From a virus, in IMG/VR virus record IMGVR_UViG_3300033145_000274, positions 1 through 64,000 of that record: a stretch of DNA of 64,000 bases; one strand, 5' to 3'. A model generated the notes under the pieces. It saw nothing but the letters and a program-made list of their open reading frames with translations. It searched no databases and was not told where the DNA came from. The position numbers and the translations under genes are program-made. This document shows positions 1 to 10,800 of this stretch, one piece after another. Numbering within the stretch: the stretch's first letter is position 1; the number at the start of each line of letters is the position of its first letter.

Positions 1-3000
1 TGAGGTATGTATTTATTGGATTATGAGCAGCCGGTATAACCAGCGGTATATTATCGTTGGTGGTCTCAACACTAACAATATGTAACGGCATAAACGTATT
101 TATCTCGGCATCAATGGTTTTAAGAAACAGTGGAGCAATGGCCACTTCATTTGGCCTGTTCATAAACAACGTCATAGCATGGCCATCTGGTAATGCGCCC
201 CTCCAAGTTCCCAGACCACGAATATACAAAGGTAGTGAAACAGTCTCACTATGGTTCTGGACAAACAACGGTAAATTAGCACCAACTTGGTCGTGGGCCG
301 CCAAAAGAAAAAGCGTAGCACTATTCGAGCCATACAACTCACTCTGAGTATTTTTAATGAATAGCGTTGCTCCCAATACATAACCCGGCGGTCCCATATA
401 TAGTGGTATACTACCATCTCGGAAAAATGAACCTTCGGTACCACCTGGAATATACAGCGGCGCATAAGTATTTAACTCGTTCTTGAAACCATTGATGTAT
501 AGCGTAGCCGTACGATTCAAAACACCAACACCCCGAATAAACAATGGTATGTTACTATTGACCTCAACCATACCTCCTATAAATAACGTAGCGCTTCTAT
601 TTAGGTCAATCTTACCAGTCATGAATAGAGGAATTTTTTCGTATCCCTGAATAAACAATGGCAAATTACTATTGATAGATATGCCACAAAGAATAAACAG
701 CGGGGGCGCTTCTCTACACGGCTCGTTAATATCAGCCGTACCAGCTTCATAAACTGTCACTCCACTAGGGTCGAAGGTACCACAAATGTTCCATTCGGTA
801 CCATCACCCATATCAAATGCATCATTCGACAATGTAACATCACCAGCAATGTTCAATACTGCGCTGTCGTTAGTGTCTACATCACCGGCCAAAGCCGTAA
901 GATTACCCATTAGCTGAGGCGAGGTCAACAGTGTTAAATCAACGTCAGTAAGTTCAACATCGCCGCTATCAGGTTTATCAATAGACACTGGAAGTGAAGC
1001 TACACCACCAAAATCTAATGCTTGCGAAGCCGTACCCGTAAGCAACATAATGGAACTACCCACCGTCCATGAGGATAGCACACCTGCATTAACCACGTCA
1101 CCCTGCAACTCCCACGTAGCACTACTGCCGCTACTATCAATAGTAATATCACCAGCGACCAAATCATTTATTATTAGGTCACCAGTTATAGTTATGTCGG
1201 TTAAACCCGTAGCGTCCACATTGAGATTACCGGCAGCACCCACCCCAAATGTAACATCATTATCTACAACAAATGTTCCAGTAATGGTTTGGGTGATGTT
1301 AGGTGCGCCAAGAGATGCAAATATCATTGCACCAAAATAATTACCACCCACCAATGAACTAACACCCGTTATAAGTATGGGGGAAGTAATAGCGCCATCT
1401 TGTTTCGTTATATCTGACCCAATCAACTGTGTCTGTCCACTTCCAGCACGGGCCAGTACAGCCGTAGACTCTATTTGTACATCCGCCGTATTACTAACAT
1501 ACAAAACCTTAGTCGTAAAAATGGTAACCGATGCACCTGTATCGAGTAATAACACACCGTCATTAACTCCAACATCTGCGGTTATTTCATAAACAGAGCT
1601 GGTCGCAAACGTAAGATTGTATAATTCGTCACTAGTGCCAGTACCAGCCAACGTGTTTGGGATACTCCCCGTCATCACAAACGTTGATGTTTGAGCAGTT
1701 AGGGTACCAATCGTAGAGAAATCAAAATTACTATCCAACGTCCACGTCGCACTGCCGCATGAAATATCGTTTCCACCATCACTCCAGTCCACGTTACCAT
1801 CAACATTCTTGGCATCCACACTTGATGTAATCGTACTACCTACAATCGTCAGATTGTCAGCCATGTCAATTTCCAACAACTCACACGTACAAGTATCTAT
1901 TGCCACATCACCACTGGACTGTTTATCTATAGCAATGCCAGGCATGGTGGCATCGGCAAAATTGATATCCTGGTTACCTGCGCCAGCAAGTAAAATCGTA
2001 CTATCTCCAGCCGTCCATAGGAAAGTGTCCCCATCCTTCTCATCTATCACGTCTCCTTGAAATTCCCACACAGCCACACTGCCAGTGCTGTTAATAGTAA
2101 TGTCACCACCACCACCATTCATGTCAATTGTGGTATCACCCGTCACGGTCATAGAGTCTAAACCAGTAGCATCAACAGAAACATTACCCGCACCAGTAGC
2201 AGAAAATTCAAGTTCACCAACAGTGAAATCACCTGTGATAACCATTGTGCGACTACCACCCCCGCCCTCAAAAAACTCCAACAATCCAGAATAATTACCT
2301 CCGACTGCGGACGATGTTCCCCTTTTCCGACAGTGAGCACTAACCTCGCCATCTTGCTGTATGATGCTACCCCAAATAATTAAATTCCCGTCACCTGTGC
2401 TAGAAACTACCGCCCCTGCTTCAACCACCATTTTACCATTTGATGCATCAGACAGTGTCAATGATACATTGTTCGCTACATCTACGGTAGAATTAGCAGC
2501 AAATGTCAATGTTCCTGTTTCAACCATTGTATCTGTGGTTACAGAGTAGTCTGACCCATCGTCAAAGGTGAGACTATACACTGCGTCCCCGCCACCCACT
2601 CCCGCAAATGTATTTGGACTACTCCCAGTCATCACAAACTTACCCGTCTCTTTGATAATCGCTGAGGCCGTAGAATAATCAAAATTACTACCAAACGTCC
2701 ACACGGTCCCGGTGCCACATGAGATGCTATTGCCACCATCGCTCCAGTCCACGTTACCATCAACATTCTTGGCATCATTACTAGACGTAATCTCTGAATT
2801 TATCAACGTAAGATTGTCAGCCATGTCGATTTCCAGCAACTCACACGTACAAGTATCTATTATCACGTCGCCACTGGACTGTTTGTCTATGGCAATGCCA
2901 GGAATAGTGGCATCGGCAAAGTTAATGTCCTGATTACCTACGCCGGCCAGCAAAATCGTACTATCTCCAGCCGTCCAAAGGAAAGTGTCCCCCGCCTTCT

Positions 3001-4855
3001 CGTCTATCACGTCTCCTTGAAATTCCCACACAGCCACACTGCCAGTGCTGTTAATCGTGATGTCTCCTCCGGCACCATCCATGTCAATTGTGGTATCACC
3101 AGTCACAGTCATCGAATCTAAACCAGTAGCGTCGATGGTGACGTTGCCGGTCGCTGTTGTGTTGAATTCAAGCACGCCAACAGTAAAATCACCGGTAATG
3201 GTTTGCGTACGATTAGTAGCACCAACCTCCCGAAACATAAGAGTCCCTCCAGTATAGTCGCCGCCAACCAGGGAACTGTCAACATATATTTTGCAAACCG
3301 CACTTACTAAACCATCCTGCTGGGTAATGTTGGCATCCCACATAAATAAATATCCAGTGCCAGCAGAAGAAAGTTCTGCTCCTGCTTCAATCTGTATATC
3401 TGTGGCAGGATAGGCGAGTAAATACTGGCCGGTGTTAATGTGTACATTTGCCCCCGCCTTTATAAACAACTCTCCACGGCAACCGCCGAACGCCGTAACA
3501 TTATAATCAGAGTTCTCATCAAACGTCAGGTTATACACGAGCTGGTTTGTACCTGCCCCAGAAAACGAGTTCGGCCCGCTTCCCGTCAGCACAAACACAC
3601 CCGTCTCTTTCGTCAGCGTCCCAATAGAAAAGAAAGTAAAATCCCCATCAAACGTCCACGTAGCACTGCCGCATGAAATATCGTTTCCAGCATGGGACCA
3701 ATCCACGTCTCCACCAACATGCTTGGCATCTGCGCTGGCGGTTAAGGTTGAACCAGTAACCGTCAGGTCACCCGCCATATCAACGTCCTGAAGTGCCAAG
3801 TCACAATTAGCCAATGTGACATCACCACTGCTTGCCTTGCTTATTATCAAATCCTCAGTAGCCTTGCCAGCAAAATCTATATCCTGAGTTGCAGTCCATT
3901 TTAGTGTCATATCAGCCGTACCGGCATCATATTGAATTGTTCCACTGTCCTCTGCCAATGTTACGTCACCCCAAAACGCAATATCAGGGTCGTTAGCAAC
4001 ATTATTGACAACCATGGTACTACCAGCATCAGAATTTGTAATCTTAAAATCACCAACAAATTCATATGTTCCATCAAGTGTCAACGTATGAGTTGTAGCA
4101 GCGGCATCATTGTATGCTTCAAACAACGCACATTCGTATATACCAGCGGCCCATACAGAACCAACATGTGGCCTCCAAATCTGAAAGTGAGCTATGTCTA
4201 TCGTACCGTCGGAATGAAACGAAGTAATACCTTCACCGCTACCAGGTATATGAACAAAATACTTTCCATCGCCAGTTAGACGACCCTGTGCTCCAATGGT
4301 CGTCTGACACTGACTAATGCTAGAATATAACTTACCAGCATCTATTGACAAAGTACCCTCAATAGTAGTTAGGCCATAAGCGCGCAGATTATCATCCGCC
4401 GTAATCACCGCACCGCTCAAAACCGTAAAGTTATTTATAGCCTTTGCTACATGGCTATGAATAATTCCAGTTCCATCCATTTGAAGAGTAGAACCATTAC
4501 GTGTAAATGTACCAACATGATAGTTATCAAAATCTCCATCATCCAACTCAATTGTGGCATTAGTACAATTTATAACACCAACGTGGTCCAATGTCATATT
4601 GGCGCCATTGTCCAGCGTCAGCGTAAAGCCACCCAGGTCAATCGTAGAACTATAACCTGCCGTCGTAATAAAGTTACCCAACGTCATGTTACCCACAAGG
4701 GTACAGTTAGTATCCCCGGCGCCAGCGCCATCAAACTCAACATCATCACCCGTACCAGGCGCAGACCCACCAGGAGCCCCACCGGAGCTAGCCGACCAAT
4801 TAGCAGCAACCGTTGGGTCCGTGCTTGTTGTACCTAACCAATAATGCTTAGCCAT
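1..4855 (-). CDS. Giant (>1618 aa) beta-repeat adhesin-like virion protein with C-terminal (P/T)L(F/Y)IxG repeats; 3' end outside window
   Basis: ATG at 4855 (MAKHYWLGTTSTDPTVAANW) just after TMP stop; segments translated by hand in this frame are open, including positions 2-690; absence from ORF track is consistent with no in-window stop; N-terminal half clearly paralogous to 22107..26450. Confidence 0.85.
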   Translation of the reverse strand, partial: MAKHYWLGTTSTDPTVAANWSASSGGAPGGSAPGTGDDVEFDGAGAGDTNCTLVGNMTLGNFITTAGYSSTIDLGGFTLTLDNGANMTLDHVGVINCTNATIELDDGDFDNYHVGTFTRNGSTLQMDGTGIIHSHVAKAINNFTVLSGAVITADDNLRAYGLTTIEGTLSIDAGKLYSSISQCQTTIGAQGRLTGDGKYFVHIPGSGEGITSFHSDGTIDIAHFQIWRPHVGSVWAAGIYECALFEAYNDAAATTHTLTLDGTYEFVGDFKITNSDAGSTMVVNNVANDPDIAFWGDVTLAEDSGTIQYDAGTADMTLKWTATQDIDFAGKATEDLIISKASSGDVTLANCDLALQDVDMAGDLTVTGSTLTASADAKHVGGDVDWSHAGNDISCGSATWTFDGDFTFFSIGTLTKETGVFVLTGSGPNSFSGAGTNQLVYNLTFDENSDYNVTAFGGCRGELFIKAGANVHINTGQYLLAYPATDIQIEAGAELSSAGTGYLFMWDANITQQDGLVSAVCKIYVDSSLVGGDYTGGTLMFREVGATNRTQTITGDFTVGVLEFNTTATGNVTIDATGLDSMTVTGDTTIDMDGAGGDITINSTGSVAVWEFQGDVIDEKAGDTFLWTAGDSTILLAGVGNQDINFADATIPGIAIDKQSSGDVIIDTCTCELLEIDMADNLTLINSEITSSNDAKNVDGNVDWSDGGNSISCGTGTVWTFGSNFDYSTASAIIKETGKFVMTGSSPNTFAGVGGGDAVYSLTFDDGSDYSVTTDTMVETGTLTFAANSTVDVANNVSLTLSDASNGKMVVEAGAVVSSTGDGNLIIWGSIIQQDGEVSAHCRKRGTSSAVGGNYSGLLEFFEGGGGSRTMVITGDFTVGELEFSATGAGNVSVDATGLDSMTVTGDTTIDMNGGGGDITINSTGSVAVWEFQGDVIDEKDGDTFLWTAGDSTILLAGAGNQDINFADATMPGIAIDKQSSGDVAIDTCTCELLEIDMADNLTIVGSTITSSVDAKNVDGNVDWSDGGNDISCGSATWTLDSNFDFSTIGTLTAQTSTFVMTGSIPNTLAGTGTSDELYNLTFATSSVYEITADVGVNDGVLLLDTGASVTIFTTKVLYVSNTADVQIESTAVLARAGSGQTQLIGSDITKQDGAITSPILITGVSSLVGGNYFGAMIFASLGAPNITQTITGTFVVDNDVTFGVGAAGNLNVDATGLTDITITGDLIINDLVAGDITIDSSGSSATWELQGDVVNAGVLSSWTVGSSIMLLTGTASQALDFGGVASLPVSIDKPDSGDVELTDVDLTLLTSPQLMGNLTALAGDVDTNDSAVLNIAGDVTLSNDAFDMGDGTEWNICGTFDPSGVTVYEAGTADINEPCREAPPLFILCGISINSNLPLFIQGYEKIPLFMTGKIDLNRSATLFIGGMVEVNSNIPLFIRGVGVLNRTATLYINGFKNELNTYAPLYIPGGTEGSFFRDGSIPLYMGPPGYVLGATLFIKNTQSELYGSNSATLFLLAAHDQVGANLPLFVQNHSETVSLPLYIRGLGTWRGALPDGHAMTLFMNRPNEVAIAPLFLKTIDAEINTFMPLHIVSVETTNDNIPLVIPAAHNPINTYL

Positions 4856-4866
4856 AATTCATCTCC

Positions 4867-7800
4867 TTACGCAATTCCAAAACCGGTTTCACGAATTCTA
4901 TCACGCAAAGCATCAATTTGTGGACCAACAACATTCATTACCATTTCCTCAAAAGCATCACCATTCTGTGTAGTAGTCTCACCACCCACGACGGTTACCG
5001 TAATAGGCTCGTGTGAGTGCGTAACAGTAATCTGAATTTCTTGCGCTAGCGCATCTCTAATGTCCATAGCAGCGCCACGCATGGACTCAAAAGCCGTCGC
5101 TATATCGGTTACCATAGCCGCCATCTGAGCAACGCCTTGATTCAGTGTCTCGGCCGCCGTACTCAAACCCGTAACCGCTTCGCCCATCGACTGGGTAGAC
5201 GTTAGTAAAACGGCTCCAGATTCATTCAACGCGGCGGCAATCTCAACCGGCAAAGTCTGCACGCTTTCCTGCATGGTCATAGCACCGGCCTGAAAAGTAG
5301 CTGACGCCTCATTGATAATTTGAGCAGAACTTTCAAGCTGAGCAGGAAAGGCACTTAGGGCATTAGTTATCTGATTGGGAACCTCGGCAAACGCCTGTCT
5401 AATATCCGTCGCCACGCCCCGCAGGGCCTCTGACATACCAGCCATACTGGACTGGGCTTCACTCGACAGGGAAATTTCAATGGTACCACCCTCACCAGCA
5501 CCACTGGCAACCCTGCCACCCTCTTGGTAACCCTTGGCAACTCCACCCTTGGCCAAAGCCTGTACTGCATTGCGGCTTACTACATATTCACCACCTTGTA
5601 GGATAGCTGATTGGTCACCCACACCATGTACCATACCGCCAGTATGGAATTTTCGGGGCGGCCTTCTTTGTCGGAATGTATCATCGTATGCAGATGTTTT
5701 ACCGGTTTGACCACGGGTGACTAAGTCTCGAAGAACATTTTGCTTAGAAGAACGTGCCTTGAAGCCTGGTCCGAAATCTTCACGAATTTGTTCTTCTGTA
5801 ATACCCGTACCAGCCAATCGTCGTTGCGCAGCAGAAAATTGACGTAGTTTGAATATGTCTATGTTGGCCTGTTCAAACAAGCTCTGGGCCGCTAATTGCT
5901 TATTGGTTTTACCACGGTTTAACCATTTCTCTGCCGTGCGTCCCAGGGTGGCCAGTTCTGCTCTCTTTTTATCAAGCTCATTTCCTTTTGCACCACGGGC
6001 TTCTAGGAATGTTATTGCTTGTTTGGTACGTGTAATCTTGGCAAGGAATTCCCTGAAGCTCAAACCATCTGGGCTATCAGAACGTGCCCACGGAGCACGA
6101 TTGGGCTTGCGTGCTGCAAACGGAGTCTCTCCGGCAGTAAAGGCAGGCCCACTGATGTTTCTAACAATAGTACCCCCAGTATTAGAAGCTGCTTCAGCGC
6201 GTCTTTTACTTGCGGCGGCTATTCTCTCATCACGATTGTCATCTGTTAACACAAACTTATTCTTACGTAATTCACGCACCTTAGACTTAACAGCTTGACT
6301 AGCCACCTGTCTTTTTTGTAGACGCTCCACGGTCCCCTGAGCAAAGGCCAATGACCTAGCATCACCACCATCGGCTTGTAATTGGGCAACACGAGCCTGG
6401 GCACCAGCCAATCTCTCGGCAAACGTCATTGAACCACCAGCAGCTTGACGCTCTATTGGTGTGACAGCACCACGACGTTCTCTAATGCGCAATGCGCGTG
6501 CGGCATTTCGTTGATTACGACGTTCTAAATTACTAGGTCTAGTTCGTGTAGCCCCAGCCCTTCTCTGCTCAAACTGTTGACGTGCATTCAGCTTATCGCT
6601 ACGAAACTTCTTGCGACGTTCATATAATGTTTTCTCATGTGGACTTAATTGAGCCATCAATGATTCTTCAGTGGGTGGGAGTTGTATTGGAACATCACTG
6701 GCAGCATGAAAGACACTTTGTGCAGCCAAACTTACCGCCCGTCCCGCTCCAACTACAGAACCACCAATGCGTGATGCGGCCTCTAGGCCAAAACCAAAGA
6801 TGGCTTCACCGGCTGCGTTGCGTTGTCGGTCTCTGATATGTCTTCTTTGTTCAGCCTCGTGTACTGGAGAATCATAATCCAAACCAGCATTATCCCACCT
6901 CTGGCGTTGATAACGACGATATTTAAGACGATATTGAGGGTTTTGGGCATTTCTTCCCCATGTTATACGTGAGTCAACTCCATGTAACGCAAAAAGGGGA
7001 CTATGTTGCTTATGCAAACGAGCTTCCCTGATATCTCCCATGCCCAATTCCCACAACTCATCTCTTTTTTCTTCGCTTAAACCACCACCAGCAGCATACA
7101 TAACACCACCACTGTGACCAACGTTATCACCACGATTGATAGCGTGCAGTAAACCCATGTTCTTTTGAGTAGAAGCACGATTCACAACGAACTCACCAGG
7201 TGTTAACATGGCGGGAACGGTATCGGTACCCTGATTTTTGAAAATAGAACCACCAAGGGCCAGACCCGCTGCATCTACAGTTACAAGACCAGCATCAATT
7301 GCGGCCAACGTAGGCATTCCACGCAATATGGTGTCCAGTTCTTTGAGACGCTCATTAAGTGTCGCGACACTGGCTGGCAACTTGTTGATTACTGCAACAT
7401 CAAGCTCTGCAAGTGCTCTACCCATTTTAACCAATGGTTCATCACGACCAGTGCGTATTGTCGTGGTGACCACTGATGCAGTTTGACGAGCAGCCGTAGC
7501 CAAACCATCTATCATTTCATCCAGCGGCTTTTGTATATCAGTAGCAAATTGGCCCAGAGCTTTGGACATGAAAGCATCAAGCTTATTACTTGTTATAGGA
7601 CTAGGTTTATCCTTGAAGGAAATGGCACCACTAAGTGGGTCTACCACCTCAAATGCCCTTTTTCTTTCAGTATCAAATTGACCAACAAGATTCTTTATTG
7701 CATCGTCGTTTAGGGTAACTCCCCTATCTGACAAGTCATTCAAGAAATCCTGGAGTCCCGCACCAATATCAGTACCCCTCCGACCTTCTAACAGACCCTT

Positions 7801-10800
7801 AAATATACCACGGGTACTCGTTGTCAGCGCTCCAATGTCTGCGGACGGCGTTGTGCCAAAGCCAGCAATAGCCCCTCTTAACCCACCGCCACCAAAAGCG
7901 CCAGCGAGACTTCGTATGGTATCTTGTCCAGATAGGCCCTCTCTTATAGCTTGCACGGTCTCGGTGCTCTCTGCAAATGCCTTCGCTGCGGCACCGCCAC
8001 CACCCAAGGTCAAATCATCACGTCCACCAGACGCCTGTATTAGTGACACGGCATCCCGAGCGGCTTTTTCCATAGACTTTTCGTGTGCAACATCAATCCT
8101 GGCTGATGCAACAGCACGTTCAGCACCACGTAATTTACTACGGGCTTGCTCAGCAGCAAATCGTGCAGGCAAATTGGTAAGTTCAGATTGCAAGCCCTGT
8201 AGGAGCTTAGTGTGTTGTGCTTCTACGTTGGTGAGAAACTGAGCTTCAGCCTCCGCACGACGGTTAAACAAACCGCTCATCAGGCTTATTTGAGCTTCTT
8301 CCTCAGCATTCACTTTATCTGGACGTGCCCCCTCCATCTGTGCTCTCAAATCAGGACCAAAGAATGGTTGTGCAAAATCCGGAACTTGAATGCCACCTAC
8401 ACGACCAGTAGTAATTCTAGCACTACCTTGTTGACCAGTACGCAACCTACCTGTTGCAGGGTCGATGCCAAACATAGCTGCGGGCGTATTCGGAAACGCA
8501 TTCTGCATACCAAGAACACCAGCACGACGAGCACCGGAAAGTCTATCTATATCAACATCACCGGCATGTACCGCCACAGTATCCCTGATACTCTGAAGAA
8601 TCTTCTGGCGGTCTTCGCGCGTACCAAAGGTATAACGTTCAGCCAAACTAAATCGCGCCTTCTTATTCTCCTCTAGCAAATTAAGCGTCTTTTGTATTTG
8701 AGCGGCCTCCTCCGTTATATCAGTTAATGCAGTTAGGGCCGTACGTAGCTTAGAACCCTCTACACTCAAATCACGCAACTGTGAAGTCACACCCGTCAAT
8801 TCTTTATTCAAAATCTTAGCACTTTGACGTTCTTCATTCAGTGCTGCAATCTGCTTATTAACTTCTCGCAAACGACCACCAATAGCAGCGGTATCAAACG
8901 GAGATGTACCAGCGGCTATGCCGGTGCCCGACAGGATACCAGATACGGTACGACCCTTTTGTGCAGTGATTTCAGCTACGCTACGTGGCACGCCACTCGT
9001 ATTACGCATACGAGCTAAGGTGCTCTCATCCTTGAAACGCTGTTGTTCTAACTGCAAGCGCTTTTTGAAAACTTGAAGTTCTAGCGCAATGCTAGACCGC
9101 ACTTGACTATCCAACTGCTTAACCATGCTTTGCATAATACGAGCAGATTTTTCGGCCTCCTCAAACGACTTGGCTAAATCCTTACCACCCAATTTAGAAA
9201 ACAACGCCTGGGCATCTTCACTAGCCAAACGACGAAACTGACCCGTACCACCAGATTCGCCACTGGCAGTAACCATGGCGTTTAACTGACCACTTACACG
9301 ATTGATAACCTGCTCACTATCTATCAAACCAGCAAATCGTTCGGAGGCCAAATCCGCAAACAGTGAGGCAGCACTATCTTTGTCTAACGACACCTCCCCA
9401 GCAATCTGCTGCAACATACCAGGTATTTCACCCATCATTGTAGTTAGGTCACGCAGGCGCTCAAAGGTATCGTCACCACCCACACCACCGGTAGCTTGCT
9501 CCAACGCACGCAAGAACTGTGGTTGGTCTGCAATGCCACTAGTACCAATGCGAGCAAAATCACCAAACCCAGGCCGACCACCAAACTCACCAAGGGCAAC
9601 ATTACCCTGCGCCAAATCACTTAACACACCCATGTGTGTTGACAAAGCCACCATGCGATGACTAGCATCAACCAAGGAAGCATTGAATTCACGCATCATC
9701 CTCAGAGAACTATTAGCTTCACTCATGCTACGTGAAAACTCTTCGGCACTAATAATACTATGCCTACGTGCTTCTATCTCGTCAGATATACCTCGCAATA
9801 CAGCCTTGGAAGATTGATTACGCAGTTCAGCCACGGACCTAACTATATTGGCACCAGTAGAATTGGCCATAGTAAAATCTTCAATACTTGCGCCGGCCGC
9901 CAGAAGCTTAGATGTCAATTCATCAAACTGTGGCAACAACGCACGCATACTACGTTTATTAGTAAGAAACTCTTCTTCGGTTCCGTCGGTACGAGCACTA
10001 CGGATATTAGCCAGCTTTGTACCAATATCTTTACCAACACGTCCAAATTCTACCGACCCAGCCAAACCGGTTCTACCAGACAATAGTTGTGGTAGGTCTA
10101 CCGCAAGGCGTTCATCAGCCCTGGCACCCATACCTGCTCGACTAATCGCTCTTAACTCTTTTAATCTGGCATCCATACGACCAAATGCACCAATTAACAC
10201 ACCACCCAAGCCACCAATAGCAGCCCCAATAGCAATACCTATGGGTCCACCCAGGGCTCCTATGGCACCACCAGCCAAAGCACCCGCACCCACGCCAACG
10301 GCTGCACTACGAAGTACCTTACCCGTACGTGCTTGTATAGCAGCCTTTCGCATTTCTTTTTCAGACTTAGCATTTTTAGCCGTTTCATTAGCAGCAGCCT
10401 CTTGCTGGGTACTCAAGTACCACAACCCAGCCGACACGGCAACCACAGCAGCACCCATACCCAACACCTTAGCACTTAAACCTGTAAACTGCTCAGAGAG
10501 CACATTAGCTGAACTAAATGGACCCTTAACACGATTCCGCATGGCTCCCATGGTACCAGATATGGGTACCCTGGAACCACCAAACAAAGCTCGTACGTTA
10601 GGATTTATACCACCACCAGGCATCTTTAAGCCCTTGAGCGTTCCAACAAAACCCTGTAGCACACCACCGGCCAAGCGCAAAGCCTCAAACCCAATAACTA
10701 CTTGAGTTAACGTAGAGACCAAATTGCCCAAAGTGCTATCTACTTCTATGAAACTTTGTAGCATAGACGATATGATGAAAACACTAGTCAGTGAAGTACC

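Noticed and set aside
57-4837. Many plus-strand ORFs in the track (also over 22327-25739 and the TMP)
   Set aside because: Antisense shadows of long minus-strand genes; no SD, and their mutual similarity mirrors the adhesin repeats
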